Part shown: piece after piece, positions 1-13,527 of the stretch
Layout: the number at the start of each line of letters is the position of its first letter
Numbering within the stretch: position 1 is the first letter of the stretch
Assembly (NCBI RefSeq): GCF_018977255.1
Contig: NW_024704742.1
Location: 92,754,001 to 92,818,000, forward strand
DNA: 64,000 bases
From: Callorhinchus milii
Taxonomy: Eukaryota
Direction: 5' to 3'
Position numbers and translations under genes: made by a program
Notes under the pieces: model-generated
Told to the model about the DNA's origin: nothing
The model's database searches: none
Seen by the model: only the letters and a program-made list of their open reading frames with translations

Positions 1-500
1 TATAATCTTTGCTGCTTTCTTTTTTTAAAAAAAGGGTACACAGAATATTTTTGAAGTCAATTCAACAGATTAAAACCTCTCCCACATAAATTCATACCTG
101 ATAATTCTATGCCTATTATTCTAATACTTGCTGGACCATTTATAATCCTTGGCCAGAACAACGGTATGAATTTTGAAACACATTCCTACCTTTGTGATTG
201 ATATCCTCACCTTTCTGTAGAAATGCAATTTTGTAATTTAAACTATTTAATCTAGATGTGGGAACTAGTGAATATCTGACACCCCCTACCATGTTTAATC
301 TACCACCTGAATGCATTTGTAATTGGGAACAATATCCCTTTTCTCTTTTCTGGGCACAAACAATTCTGAGAAAAGAATTGAGGCTGTCGTAAAACCTGCC
401 AAAAACCAAACAAAAAATGTTGCAAGTTCCCTTGTCACAAAGCCACATTTACCCTAAAAAGATAAATTAACTTTGTAACGTCTTCAGAATGTTAAATCCA
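1..500. repeat. Ancient dispersed repeat, homologous to 59035-59560
   Basis: Shared strings tttgtgattgatatcctcacctttctgt, gaatgcatttgt.attgggaacaatat, aagataaattaactttgtaa.gtcttcagaat. Confidence 0.8.
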
Positions 501-742
501 GCAAATATTTATATTTACACAGCTCCTTTCATATCAGGAAATCAGGAAGATATCTCAAAGCGCCTCAAACAGCTGACTCAAAACCCAAACGAGAAAGTGA
601 CCCAAAGTGTAGTCGAAATACTGTATAGTGTATAAAAAGCTTTTTTAAGTTTATAAGATTCTAATTTATTTTGAAAGGGAATTAGATATTGGAAAAAGGG
701 AATACTGTATTAAAGGGTAAAGGGAGCAAGTAGATGATTAAG

Positions 743-1828
743 ATGCTCCCCCTTGGTGACATCATCCGCAGACATGGAGTTAACTTCCACATGTATGCGG
801 ATGACACCCAACTCTACCTTTCCTCCTCTACTCTCAACTCCACGACCACCGATGTCCTGACAGCCTGCCTGTCCGACATCGAGTCCTGGACGAGAGACAA
901 CTTTCTTCAGCTCAACGTGCGAAAAACCGAGGCCCTCCTGATTGGCTCACGTCAGCGCCTCCGCACCTCAGGCGCTGACACCATCAGCATCCAAGGCTGC
1001 ACTCTCCACCTCTCAAAGCCAGTCAGGAACCTCGGCGTTTTGTTCGACCCTGAGCTGTCCTTTCTCCCTCACATCCGCACCACAACTGGCACCGCCTTCC
1101 ATCACCTCCGGAACATCGCCAGACTACGGCACTACCTCACCCCTCACGTTGCTGAAACCCTGGTCCACGCCTTTGTCACCTCAAGGCTGGACTATGGGAA
1201 CTCTCTCCTCGCCGGCCTTCCCGCCACCTCCCTCCACAAGCTGCAGGTCATCCAGAACTCTGCAGCTCGTGTACTGTCCCGCACCAGGACCACATCACTC
1301 CCACCCTCGCTCGCCTCCACTGGCTCCCCATCCCCCAGAGGATCGAATTCAAGATCCTCATCCTCACCTACAAGGCCATTCACGGCCTCGCTCCCTCCTA
1401 CCTCTCCAACCTACTATCCCCCTACCTACCTGCCCGTACCCTCCGTTCCTCTGGCTCCGGTCTGCTCCACGTCCCCCGCCCCAATCGCCCTACCATCGGT
1501 GGTCGGGCCTTCAGCCTCTCAGCCCCGAGGCTCTGGAACTCCATCCCCACAGTGCCTTCGCCGCCTCCTCCCTTTCCTCCTTCAAGGCCGGTCTCAAAAC
1601 CTTTCTCTTTGACCGAGCCTTCAGCTCCCCTCTCAACTCTCTTCCCCCTTCTCGCTCCCTCCCATCCCTCCCCTCACCCTGACCATTTCCCCCCTCCTCG
1701 CTCCCTCCCTCCCCTCCCCTCACCCTGACCATTTCCCCCCTGCTCGGTTCATGACCCAACCGTGCAGCGCCTTGGGACGTCCTCCTGACGTGAAAGGCGC
1801 TTTATAAATGGAATCTTGTTGTTGTTGT
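743..1828 (+). mobile_element. 5'-truncated young L2 LINE
   Basis: Near-identical to 57472-58608; YADDTQ; (TTG)n tail. Confidence 0.95.
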
Positions 1829-2650
1829 AGAATAACAATGATAATCGTTGCATTTTTGATATAGCGCCTTTTCACATCTTCTAGATGTCTCAAAGTGTTT
1901 CACACAATATAATATAAAGTGAATTGAGTATGTTTTGTGGGCGAAACGCGGCAGCCAATTGCGAGCCAGAGTAGCTGGCTCATGTACAGAACAACACAAG
2001 CATAGACTTGTTGGCTTGAATGGCCCATTTCTGTGCTGACATATTCTGTCACTCTCTGACGTGTAAATAAATTAAACAAGGGAAATATGTGGACAAACCA
2101 GCAAGTCAGAGATAATTAAATGAACGAAATTGAAGTGACCATTACTTTAACCGTTTTGAAGGAACATGCTTTCTATGAATATGAGGAGATGACTCTGCCC
2201 TAGCTGGCTGAAGTCTGATGCTGTTCATATTTTTCTTTTTGGAGCTGTGCTGCACTGAGATTTCCAGTACACCCACGCCAAAAGTGAAGGTGTGGGGCGG
2301 TGTCAGTGTAAACTAAACAGTGGTTGCTCAAGTTTGGAGAGTAGGCTGCTTTAGCCTACTTCACTTCCTTCGCCCCCACCCCCCTACCTTTCCCTTCTAC
2401 TGATGGTGTTGATTCATGTTGATGATAGTTTGTTGTTTTGGTGGATGTTTTACCTTTGCTCAGACACAACTTTGCATAGCACACTGGATTGCTCAATGTA
2501 ATCCACAACATGAACAAATTTATATTTATACAACACTTTTCACATCAGGAGGATGTCCCAAGGCCCTGGACAGTCCAGGGTTTGCCTCAGGTGAATATTA
2601 AATGCCAAAGAATATCAATCGTATTTCCTCATTCAGATACTTCACATAAG

Positions 2651-2957
2651 TGGAGTCCTGTAGCTCAGTGGTTAGAGCACTCGCCTTGCAAACGAGATCC
2701 TGGGTTCAATTCCAGGCAGGACGAAACCTTGGCCAAGTTTCCTTACTCCACACGCCTAATAATAATCCCTCCAAAATAATAATAAATTGGTCATTTTCAA
2801 TCCACGACTGTTTGTGGGACACTGCTGTGCGCAATTGGCTGCCCCATTTCGCCCACAAATATATAGTCAATGCACTTTACAGCATATTCTGTGAAGCGCT
2901 TTGAGACGTCTAGAAGACGTGAAAAGCGCTATATCAAATGCAAGGATTATTATTATT
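2651..2957 (+). mobile_element. tRNA-derived SINE, short form
   Basis: A box TAGCTCAGTGG, B box GGTTCAATTCC, Deu-like body tgtttgtgggac..gctgtgcgcaattggctg, L2-like stem-loop tail, (TTA)n. Confidence 0.92.
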
Positions 2958-4589
2958 GTAAGTGGCTACTCTTTATATTCAAGTCTGGACAGTGAGTGGT
3001 GGCAGGCAAACAGTGTATGTGTGTGTGTTTGGGGAGGGGTGAGTGGAGGTGGCAACCACAGTTGAATATGATCTTGTCCCAATCAGATCCTACAGTGTAA
3101 ATGACTTTGTTTTCAAAACAGCAATGTTATTGAAGGCACTCTTTCAATTTTATTTATTGAAAGAACTGACTGTCCTGTCAGCTCTTCTCAAATTACACTC
3201 CAAGGTTGGTAAACAAAGCTCAGTCCTTGGAGCTGTGCCAGCCCTCCCCAGCGCCTCAGTGGTGTGAGCAAGCAGGTTAGCTGCAGCTCCCTGGTCACAT
3301 CCCCATAAGAACAGTTCAACAGTGTGAATTTCAACACTCTTCTCAGAAAGTTAAGCTGTGTGTAAAAAATCCCTCTGTAGACGATGCTATTTTAAGAGTC
3401 AGTTATGTAAGCCTTTTTTCCATACGGGGTCCGCACAATATAATTCACTTGCAATCAGGAGCCATCTAATTATGTAAAAATGAAGCGTGAAATAATTTAA
3501 ACATAACAAAACATTTGACTTCATTCAAGCACCGAATTGAGAAATGTCTTAACTTTAAATAGTCCAAATATTATTTATAAAGGAAGCTAACTTTCCAAAA
3601 ACAAATATGCATAACAGGTTTCGATTCAAACTGCCAGGGAATTGGACAGCTGAACTGTGACAATATTTTTAAAAAGATCAAAAAAACCTGACAAGCCACT
3701 GGGCGTGTGTGAGTAAGGAAGAGGTCACCCAGCGTTCAATACTGGCAGTTCTAATACATCTGTGTGAAATTTGGAAAATACTGTTCTCCAAATTTCTCAT
3801 ACCCTCCTATTAATCTGTTAAAGCTTCAAGATATTCATGCTCATTGTCCCAAAGACAATGGCCAAACTACTTCGCACCTTGAATCAGCCCTTTGAAGCTT
3901 CCCTGATAAGATTTATATCAAAGAGTTTTGGTGTAGGGAGACTGCTGTAAGTAGTTATTAAAGAGGCCAGTGGTGGGGGAGAGAGGGAGAGAGAGAGAGA
4001 TCTGCCCAAGTACCATTAACAAGAACAAAATTACATTTGCATAGCGCCTTTCATGTTGGGAGGTTATACCGATCAATTGAATTGCTGGTAAAGCTTTCCA
4101 TTTTCCTACTTTTGCTTAATTATTTTAAGCTCTTGGTTAGTCTGCATCCGTACATATCTAAATTTATATTTATTTTGAATTCAGAATTAAAAGATTATTC
4201 TTTAATAGAAAAGGGAGCCGATGTGATTACGGATATATTTCTGTCCTTATTTTCTGGAGACTGAAGAGAGATTTCCCATAATTTTATTGTCAGCCTTAAT
4301 TGGTCTGACCTTAATTGTTTATGCTTGTATAATCGGATCATGCTGCTGAATAAGCTCAGAAAGAGTGAAGTCGGGTAAAACAGAGATTTGTAGTAACTGA
4401 GAGAGGAACTAATGAGAGGGCATTTGCAAGGATAAGCCAGACAATCGTAGATTTATGAATCATCAAACAAACATGCACTATAAATGAAGAAGAGAAACCC
4501 ACTGGTTGTTTTGTTTTGGCTGGATATCTGACATATGCGGAAACAAACCCATCACCATGCTCAAGAGTATACAAACCAAGCTGAGATTC

Positions 4590-5100
4590 CCATGCATCCC
4601 ACCTTCACATGGAAATCCCAGAGACAGATTGTTGAAATGAAATGGTCTCTCTCTCCCTGGAGGGACTCATCCTGCTTACCTAATTCCGGAAAGTATTTGG
4701 CTCAGGTTGGCAAGAGCCAAGGCTTGGGGAGACCCCAGGGTGTGCACTGGGGTACTGCTGGAGTCTAACCAGCTAAACTCTCATAGCTTGCCATTGATAT
4801 TGCTGTCTGGCAAGCTTTTTCACTGCTTGTCCATCTAGATCCACCCTACCCGTTAGGCTTGCAGGGTTAATAGAAGCTGAGTGGGATGACTCCCTGCCCC
4901 CAGTGACTGGTCTGTCCTTCCAGGTCCTGCCGATGAGCCAGGCTGGCTGTGCTGCCATCAGCAGTGCCCTGGAATACTAGTGCCCTGGACTCGTTTGGCT
5001 CAGGAACTGTGCTACCAAGATCACCACAGAGGGTTGGCTCGATTCCAACATTCCATTGCCAGGCATGTCACCTTGGAGTTCAGGTCCAAGGAGACCCCGC
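4590..5100. repeat. Unclassified dispersed repeat, homologous to ~36420-36875
   Basis: Shared catcagcagtgcc, ttggctcga.tcc.acattccattgcca.gca, tccaaggagacc. Confidence 0.7.
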
Positions 5101-6493
5101 TTACAAAGCTGTTCTGAATATGTGCATGCAGATTATCACAAAATGCAGGTGCAGACTATTTCAATTGGATTCAATTCCAAATAAACTAGTTTGATCACAA
5201 TCATTTTCATTCCTGGAGCATAGTGCAACAAGTAAAGGATAAAAGTGAAAATGGCTGTCTGCAAATTATGATGTAATTAAAAGTTTGGTTTCCAAATATG
5301 GCAATGCAATGTGGAGAAGGAGAAAAGGGGAACAAAAAGTATTAATATTATCATTTCTTAATAATTGTAGTTCTCCAAAACAGATTGCAAGTTGCAGACA
5401 GAACAAGCTTTTTTAAGTCTGTAACCAGAAATCACTGCAATTGGGACATGTCCCAGTACATTTCCAGAAGAACACCACGCCTCTGTATGAAGTCACCACT
5501 TGGACACCTTCACGTTCAAAACTAGGGGTTTAAAAGTTTTATTTCAACCATCTTGACGACTGATTATAACACCATATGTTATACGTTCAAAATCAGGTTG
5601 CGAGTTCTGATGGTGTGAAGAGCGACACTATTTATGTATGAACAGGCCCAAATTACCTTAGGAACGAGCTTGAGAGTCTACCAAATATGAACAAATAGTT
5701 TCAAAAGTTTTAAGAATTCTACTGTCCATACAGAAAATATGGCTGAATTTAAAAAAATAAAAATGATTGTGTAGCACAGTAGATTTCACACTTTGCAATT
5801 TCAGCATTGTTGTGGTTTCTTTCTACACTCCCTGAATGAGCAGGTCATACGTTTAATAAGCAACAGTGACTGATGCCTTGCTTACTCATTTTTAAGAAAA
5901 TACATTATTTAGTTGTTTTTAATTTAGCAGCCGGTCTCGGTTTCTCTTTAATTACATGTTAGATAACTGTTATTTCAACGGTAAGCTAAGTGATTTTAGC
6001 TACTCCAGAAACACCCCAACACAAAGCCTTGGCTCTGGCTAACTTGTGCCGAATACTCTCCAGAAATAGGTGAGTGGATCACCCCTCTTGGGGAGAGTGT
6101 GCATTCCATTCCAGACACGGATATTTCCATGTGCAGCTTTCAATCTGGTTTTGATGTCTTAAACATGGTGATGAGATTCCACATGTGTTAAGACACCCGA
6201 CTGACCACACCTAACTAAGTGGATTATTATAAAAGTCACTGTTAATCATTTAGATCAGAATTCTGAAAATAATCCTTGCATTTGGTATAGAACAACCTGC
6301 ATTTATACAGTATTCTTATCATGGGACAGTGTCTCAGCAACCTTGGGTGGTGGAGCTTGATTGGGGAGAGGTGACATGGTTAGAGAGAAGGGATTTAAAG
6401 ACGGGCAAAAGGGGATTGAGGAAGAAAGCTCCAATTTGGGATATAGTGGCTCAATGACTGTCGATGGCAGAGCAGAGAGGATAAGGGACATGC

Positions 6494-8180
6494 AACAACA
6501 ACAAATTACACTTGTATAGCGGCCTTCACGTCGGAACGATGTCCCAGGGTACTGGACAATTAGGGGTTGGGAGTTGGGGTCAGGAGGGGAGGAAGGCGGG
6601 GGGGAGGATGGCCGAAAGCACAATCGAAGAGGAAGGTCCTCAGACGGGACTTGAAGGAGGCAAGAGAGGGGGTGAGGCAGAGGAGAGGGATTGCGGGATA
6701 GCGTTCCAGAGTGTGGGGGCAGAGATGCTGAATGGCTGACCACCAATAGTGGTGAGGGAAGTGCGGAGAACCTGAAGCAGGATAGTGTCTGCTGAGCGGA
6801 GGGAGCGGACAGGCTGATTGGGGTTATGAGGTCAGAGAGGTTGGGGGGAGCAAGACCGTGGAGGACCTTGAAAGTAAGAACGAGGGTTTTGTACTCGATT
6901 CTCTGAGGAATAGGGAGCCAGTGAAGCCGGGCAAGAACAGGGGTGATAGGTTCCCGGAGCCTGGTGTAGGAGAGGACACCATCTGCAGGGTTCTGAATAA
7001 TCTGCAGCTTGTGGAGGGAAGAGTTGGGAAGTCCAGTGAGCAGGTAGTCAGCGTAGTCAAGCCAGGACGTAATGAAAGGGTGGATGAGAGTCTCAGCGGC
7101 CTGTGGTGAGAGGCAGTGGCAGAGGCGGGCAATATTATGGAGGAGTGGAAAAGCGGAACAGGTCACGGAGCGAATGTGGTGTTTGAAAGATAGCGACGGT
7201 TGAAAAGGACACCGAGATTTCGGATTGGCTTGGTGAGGTGAAGAGTGCAGCCATTAATGGTGATAGTGTTAGCGGCTGAGGTGAGGAAGCGCTGCCGGGA
7301 GCCAAGCAGGAGGGCCTCTGTCTTGCATTCATTGAGCTGGAGGAAGTTGGCTCTCATCCAGGACTTGATGTCAGACAGACACTTAGTCAGGACATTAACG
7401 GTCCTGGAGTCGAGGTAGCGGCGGTAAGGCAGAGCTGGGTGTCATCCGTATATAGGTGGAAATTGACCCCATGCCTGAGAATGACCATCGCCAAGCAGAA
7501 GCGTGTATAGATTGAAGAGGAGGGGAACGAGGACAGAGCCCTGAGGGACGCCACATGTGCCATAAAGTGCAGAGGGTGGAAAGATAGAATTGGAACCAGG
7601 CAAGAACAGAACCATTGAGATCGAGGTGAGAGGAGAGGCGGGGGAGAGAATACAGTGGTCAACAGCATTGAAAATGACCAAGAGTTGGAGAAGAACGAGG
7701 AGACAGAGAGCCCTGATCGCAGGTGGACAGAATGTCATTTGTCACTTTGAACAGAGCTGTCTCTGTGCTCTGAGCAGCCAGAAACCCAGATTGGAGGGGT
7801 ACATGGAGGGTGGACCGAGGAGTTGGTTTATGGTAAAAAAGAGGAGTCTTAGCTTCCCAGATGATTTGGGAATAAAAGAATGACTTAGCTGAGGCGAGAG
7901 TGGAGAGGTAGGTCTTGGTGCAGTCCTCGCAGATCTGACGGTGAACCGGTAATTTAGATTTGAGCCAGGTGCATGCGGTGGAACGTACCTAAGATTTGAG
8001 GGAGCGGAGGTGGCTGGTGTACCAGGGGGATTTATGAGAAAAGGAGGCAGTGCAGGTGATGATAGGCGCAAGAGTATCGAGGATGGCTGAGAGGGAGTTG
8101 TTTGGAAGGCAGAGACTGCTGAGCGAAGGGGCTGGATAGAAGAGTGGGGTATAAGCATGTTGGAGAGGTGGTGAGGTGAA
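6494..8180 (-). mobile_element. Older, internally deleted L2 LINE
   Basis: ORF pieces [27 protein letters not shown]; caacaacaac tail. Confidence 0.9.
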
Positions 8181-8692
8181 TAAAGTGCAAGAAGTGATTT
8201 CTACGTGAGGATTTTAAAATTCATCCATTCTGCAGTAGGGACACAGGGAGCCTAGCAAAGGCTGAGGTGAACGGGTGCAGCATTGAGTGTAGATGAGGAT
8301 ACAGGCAGTGGAGTTTTGAATCCACTGGATTTTATGAGTGTTGGAGCTGGGGAGACTGATGGGGAGGGCATTGCAAAAATCAAGTCGGTACAGCGCCTTT
8401 CATATCGGGAAGACGTCCCAAAGTGCTTCACAGGATTTACTGTAAAATGCAGTGCCTATGTGTTTTACGGGCAAAACACACCAGCCAATTTGACACAGCA
8501 AGTACTACAAACATCCATGAAGCCAACGACCAGTTTTATTTGGGGGATGGTTGGCCAAGATATCGTGAGATCGGGTCAAGACTACCAGTTGAGCCAAGCA
8601 GAGATACAACCCTAAGAATAAAGTGGCTAGTTTTATAGTTTTTTGGGCTAATATTCTTTCACTTCATTTGAAAAGGTAGCCAAAGGACATAC

Positions 8693-8846
8693 CGTTTAAT
8701 TCGGCTTTTATGTTTTCTGTGTCTGTATTCGTATTCTCCTCCGAATCCAGCTCTTGATGAGGTGCAATACTGCAACACGGTGGGATCAATCCCTTCTCTT
8801 CGAGTAAGCGGCGTTGCTTTCTTTCTTCTCTTTCCTTCAGAATAAT
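8693..8846 (-). CDS. SECISBP2: SECISBP2 exon 13 (IILKEREERKQRRLLEEKG...KAELN); gene continues beyond the left edge
   Basis: IILKE motif of the SID; ttgttag acceptor, G|GTATGT donor; 154 nt; no L7Ae exons found in 1-8692. Confidence 0.94.
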
Positions 8847-10695
8847 CTAACAATAGATTAGGGGCACAGTGTTAGACATGAGACCAAAAACACATCTGAA
8901 TCAGATAACACTGGTTCCAGAAGAGTAAATACACATTTAAACTAGGATTTCTTATTAACCAGCTCCGCACTAAATCTTGATAAAATTGCATTAACGCATC
9001 ACGTTCACAAGTCACACTGCAAGAAAATAATTGTTCTCACATTAACCCTTCAAGCACATTTATGGACGATTCCATCTCTGGCGTGGAAGGTGGGAGCAAC
9101 TATGTTTATTCATTTTAGACTTGAATCAAAACAGGCAATGGAGGCTAATTTTGCCACCAATTAAAAGGTAAAAAAATGGACAGGACTGTATTGTTGAAAT
9201 GGTCCCATCAATCATTAGCGCAGAACACAAGTAGAAATCTGAGATTGAGGCTCTGCAGGTGTATAACATTCCATAGTGCTCTGAAGTGTAAAAATATGCA
9301 CATATGTACAAATACATCAGAAAGAAATGGGTGGGAAGTATCAAATGTCCACAACAATGAACAACTTTTTGCAACATAAGGTAAGAAAAGAGAAGTCTTC
9401 CCAAAACTCACCTCTCTCATACACAATCATATCCCTCCGTTCTGATTAGATTTTTAACAGTTCCAATGATTTTAACTATTTCTTTACGTAGTAGATTATT
9501 TGAACATTTCTAGCTCTGAATACACAAATTTTCCTAACAACAGTTTGAATTTATCTTTTGACCACTTATCCATTCACGTCAGCCAATCTTAATTTGCTGA
9601 TGTATTCTGGAGCTGACCTTAATCATATCTTTAGTATTAAAATACTTCTAGATTTTAAATTTAAATTCCTCTAATGTTTAATTGCAGCTCATCCTCTTTT
9701 ACACTGTTATTTTGTTCTGCCCCATGCTTAGGACAACTTGTGTAGATTTTAATTCTGCTATCTGGCTGTATATCTTAGCTTTATAAATTGCTTCACCACA
9801 TTGTCAAACATCCAAAGGAACCTGCGAATGACCATAGACACCACTTTATGAAGAAATTCCCACTATATGCCAATTCCATTTATTATACACCATATTTTTT
9901 CATCGCCAACATTTTATATAGTGTTAATTCCAGTTGCAGAATGGTCAAGAATAACATGCAAAGGAGAAAGGTAGAAAAAAAAGAGAAAAAATAGATTGGT
10001 GTGTACTGACAGAAGACATGACAGCTTGTGGAAAAGTGGAACAAGTGTCCAAAGGTTAGCGCACTAGTTTCCATGGAACTATCTTTAAACATAACTATAA
10101 CATCTCACAGGAAAAGCCTGGTCATACATCTGGTTCTGAAAACACAACTGCTTGGAAATTGGTCAGTTAGGTATCTCAACCATGCACAAGTCTCCAAACC
10201 AAAACTACCGCACTCTAAATGTGCACCCTCTCGCTTACCTAATCCCAGAGAATTTAGATCAAGGTTTTTGGACCACAGGTAAACTTTCCATCACTTGTCC
10301 AGCTAGGATGATCGTATGGCTTTGGTACAACTGACGTCAACAATTGCAACATTGACATTTTGATGATGTATTTAGTGCAGATGCAAACAATATATCCCAG
10401 TTCAAACGTGGTGTGGAGTCTTTTGACTCCCAACACCAACACCAGAGGAGCACGCAAAGTCTCAATAGCTGAACCAAAGACCTTAGCATGTGTAACATAG
10501 GACAATTTAAAACATGGGTCTTAAGTAACTGGTTTGGATTGAATAGTCCAAAAAGCTGTTTTGCAAGAACTAGGTAGAACTGGGAATAATATCATCTAAA
10601 AGCTTCTAATTTTCTCTGTTCAATTATATAATGCACAGAATTGCAGTCACATCAACGTGAGAACAGGCTTCAGAGTCCATCAAGTTTCAGTGTAG

Positions 10696-11008
10696 AATAA
10701 TAATAATCCTTGCATTGATATAGCGTTTTTCACGTCTTCTAGATGTCTCAAAGCTCTTCACAGAATATGCTGTAAAGTGAATTGACTGTATATTTGTGGG
10801 AGAAACGCGGCAGCCAATTGCGCACAGCAGTGTCCCACAAACAGTCGTGGATTGAAAATGACCAATTTATTATTGTTTTGTTTTTTGGAGGGATTATTAT
10901 TAGGCGTGTGGAGTAAGGAAACTTGCCCAAGGTTTCGCCCTGCCTGGAATTGAACCCAGCTGTCTCACTTGCAAGGCAAGTGCTCTAACCACTGAGTTAC
11001 AGGACTCC
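10696..11008 (-). mobile_element. tRNA-derived SINE, short form
   Basis: Reverse complement of the same family. Confidence 0.92.
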
Positions 11009-12119
11009 AGAATATACAGTACTGATGCAGTAAATCGTGTTTCGTCCACAAAATATAGTCAATTCACTTTACAGTGTGAAGTGCTTTGAGACATCTCAAC
11101 GACATGATAAGGCGCTATATCAAATGCAAGGATTATTCTTATTATTGGATTCTACTACAGCCTTTCAAATTTGACATAGAAATGTGCAATGACACCTAGT
11201 GGTCAATTTAGAAATTATATTATATAACAGCTACCCAACTGAGACATTAGGTTTGGATGAAGAAGGCCATTCAAAAACAACTTGCATTGTATGGCACCTT
11301 CCACACAGGATAGTATCTCAGAGTGACGGGCTGTACAGTGGTGGGGGTAGATTCTAAGCAACGGGGATGGGTCGAAGAGGTAGATCTTGAGGTGAGATTT
11401 ACAGATAAAGAGAGGCTGAGGTGGAGGGATTGAGGCAGGGCATTCCAGAGATCATGTTTCTATCATGTTCAAACTGGAATATCCAACACTTAGATCTGTG
11501 TTACATTTTAACTAACACTAACAATTTAATTCAATTGGCCAGGGAGTGTCTTCCCATTACAGCATCAAGCCATTTCTTAAATGAGTCTATTATTAATTAT
11601 TATCATCCTTAAATTTGATATTGCACCTATCAACTTGGAAGGATGTCTCAAAGTGCTTCAAAGGATATACTGTAAAGTGTAATGACTATTTTGTTGGCAA
11701 CTGCATTTCGTAGGGTATTGTCCTACCTGTATAATTTGTTTTGATAATGCTTTACAGCCATTATTAATTACCCTCAATGTAAAGAGATACTTCCTGGTGT
11801 TGTCTTAGTCTTTTGCATCTTTTGTACAATTTCTCATAGATTCTGGATTTGGGTTAAGTATTAAAAATAAGTATATTTAAACAAACTATAAACTGGAACA
11901 TATCAGGACAAAGCTCATATTATTTTGATAGCCTTTCCAAGAGTATTCCTTTCAAGCTATTACAGCATATAGTCTGGCTGAGATCATATGTCTTTTTCTC
12001 TCAATATACAAAGAGCACATTTTTTCTAAGTAGAACGAATAGCAAGTACATGACAAGCAGACATCCAACTGTTTGCAATTCCCCTCTTCTGTTTGCATTA
12101 TTAACACCTCTATCTGTTG

Positions 12120-12372
12120 CAATCCCCTCCCCACCTTTGTTTTGCACCACTAACATCTCTTTAACCCATCATCCCCTGTCCTCTTCCCCATTTTCTCCTT
12201 TGACTTGCTTGCCCTGTCCCCCCTCTCTGTTAGCCCTTAAAAGTCTCTCCTTCTCAACATGCCCCAGTACTGACGAAGGGTCATGGATCCGAAACGTTGA
12301 CTCACTTTCCTTTCTCCATAGATGCTGCCTGACCTGCTGAGTGTTCCCAGCGACTTCTGTTTTTGTTTTTGA
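12120..12372 (+). mobile_element. Penelope-like (pLTR) fragment with a hammerhead-like core
   Basis: CTGACGAAGGGTCATGGATCCGAAACGTT...AGATGCTGCCTGACCTGCTGAG; second occurrence at 52730-52960. Confidence 0.65.
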
Positions 12373-12382
12373 TCCAACTAAC

Positions 12383-12549
12383 CTTTTTGAGTGGTGTTGG
12401 TTTCTTAGCCTTTGGGATTTCTCTTTGTTTTCCACGTTTAACTAAAGGAGCACTAGAGTCCAAGGGATTATGAGGCATCTTATCCCGGTTCAAGTGTTGA
12501 GGTTGCCTCTTCGATGTTGTGGAATCTTTGGGAACCAGTGCACCACCAA
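12383..12549 (-). CDS. SECISBP2: SECISBP2 exon 12, Sec-incorporation domain (VGGALVPKD...PHNPLDSSAPLVKRGKQREIPKAKKPTPLKK)
   Basis: SBP2-type PHNPLDSSAPL and K-rich KGKQRE..KKPTxLKK motifs; AAG|GTTAGT donor; 167 nt. Confidence 0.96.
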
Positions 12550-12791
12550 CTATAATGGAATGATCATCATTTTTTTTTAAAAAGAGTTTTATGATCAAAC
12601 TGTCAACAAATACTAAACAGAAAGAATATAGCAAAAACCAATGATCACATCTGAGGAACCACAAGGGAATCTTGGATTAGAAATAATGCAATGGCTCCAC
12701 AAAGCTAAAATACATTAAAATCCCTCTATCACTTCCATACTCTTAAGTCGTTGATTGTATATTTTAAAAATAACAGTATTACAGTGCTTAC

Positions 12792-12924
12792 CTGTGAACA
12801 CTATGGGCTTAGGGGTCTGTTTGGTCGTCTTTTCCTGCTGCCTTTGTTCTAACACAGCCAGCATGTTACCAAAATCCAGCGTCACTGGTATTTCACTCTT
12901 TTTACTGCTTTTCTTCGGGGCTTC
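12792..12924 (-). CDS. SECISBP2: SECISBP2 exon 11 (EAPKKSSKKSEIPVTLDFGNMLAVLEQRQQ...IVFT)
   Basis: PVxLDxGxMLxxLE motif of the SBP2 family; tttgttcag acceptor, G|GTAAGC donor; 133 nt. Confidence 0.95.
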
Positions 12925-13527
12925 CTGAACAAACATCAACAAGCAAGTAAATAAGTTTGGTCTGTGGGCTCCTATCCTTTGGTAATATCCTGCAAGATTG
13001 TCATTTCATGCGTGTAAACTCAAAAAAAATCTGTATAAATAGCATGTACACGCAACACCCATTCTTCACACTGAAAACTGACTGCGCCAGCAATCCAGGT
13101 GTAAAGCTCACAAGTACATTTTTGAACTCAATCAAAATCCATTCATACTCACAAAATCAAAATTTAGGTTACACTGATACAATACCAGACATATTTTGTG
13201 ACTTAAAAAAAATTGAATCTTACAGATTGGGAATGTGTACTTACTTAGTAAATGCACCTGTTCAATTCAATATTGGGAATTTAAATCATTTCATGGAATA
13301 CGTGAAATGATTCCCACTGTTTGGAAGAATTTTAATATATTTCAAAGCTTCCTGCATTTGTGATCTTTAAACTCTCATGGTTACATTTTTAAACCAGGGT
13401 GTTCAATAGTTTTGTTAAAGGCCAGAATTACCTGAATGCTGATCAACTCCAACAACTAATTGTACAACTTTAGCAAATCATTTAAAATGGTCTGATCGTA
13501 TTGTACTATCCCCAACTCCTCCCACCA

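Noticed and set aside
2651..2725. tRNA-Ala(TGC)-like sequences (also at 40239, 45768, 60453 and others)
   Set aside because: They are SINE heads that run directly into SINE body and tail, and lack a proper acceptor stem
1..8692. SECISBP2 L7Ae-domain exons or a SECIS element
   Set aside because: No IHSRRF/DYC/RLV.GLREV-type coding sequence or convincing SECIS found by eye; the exons presumably lie beyond the window
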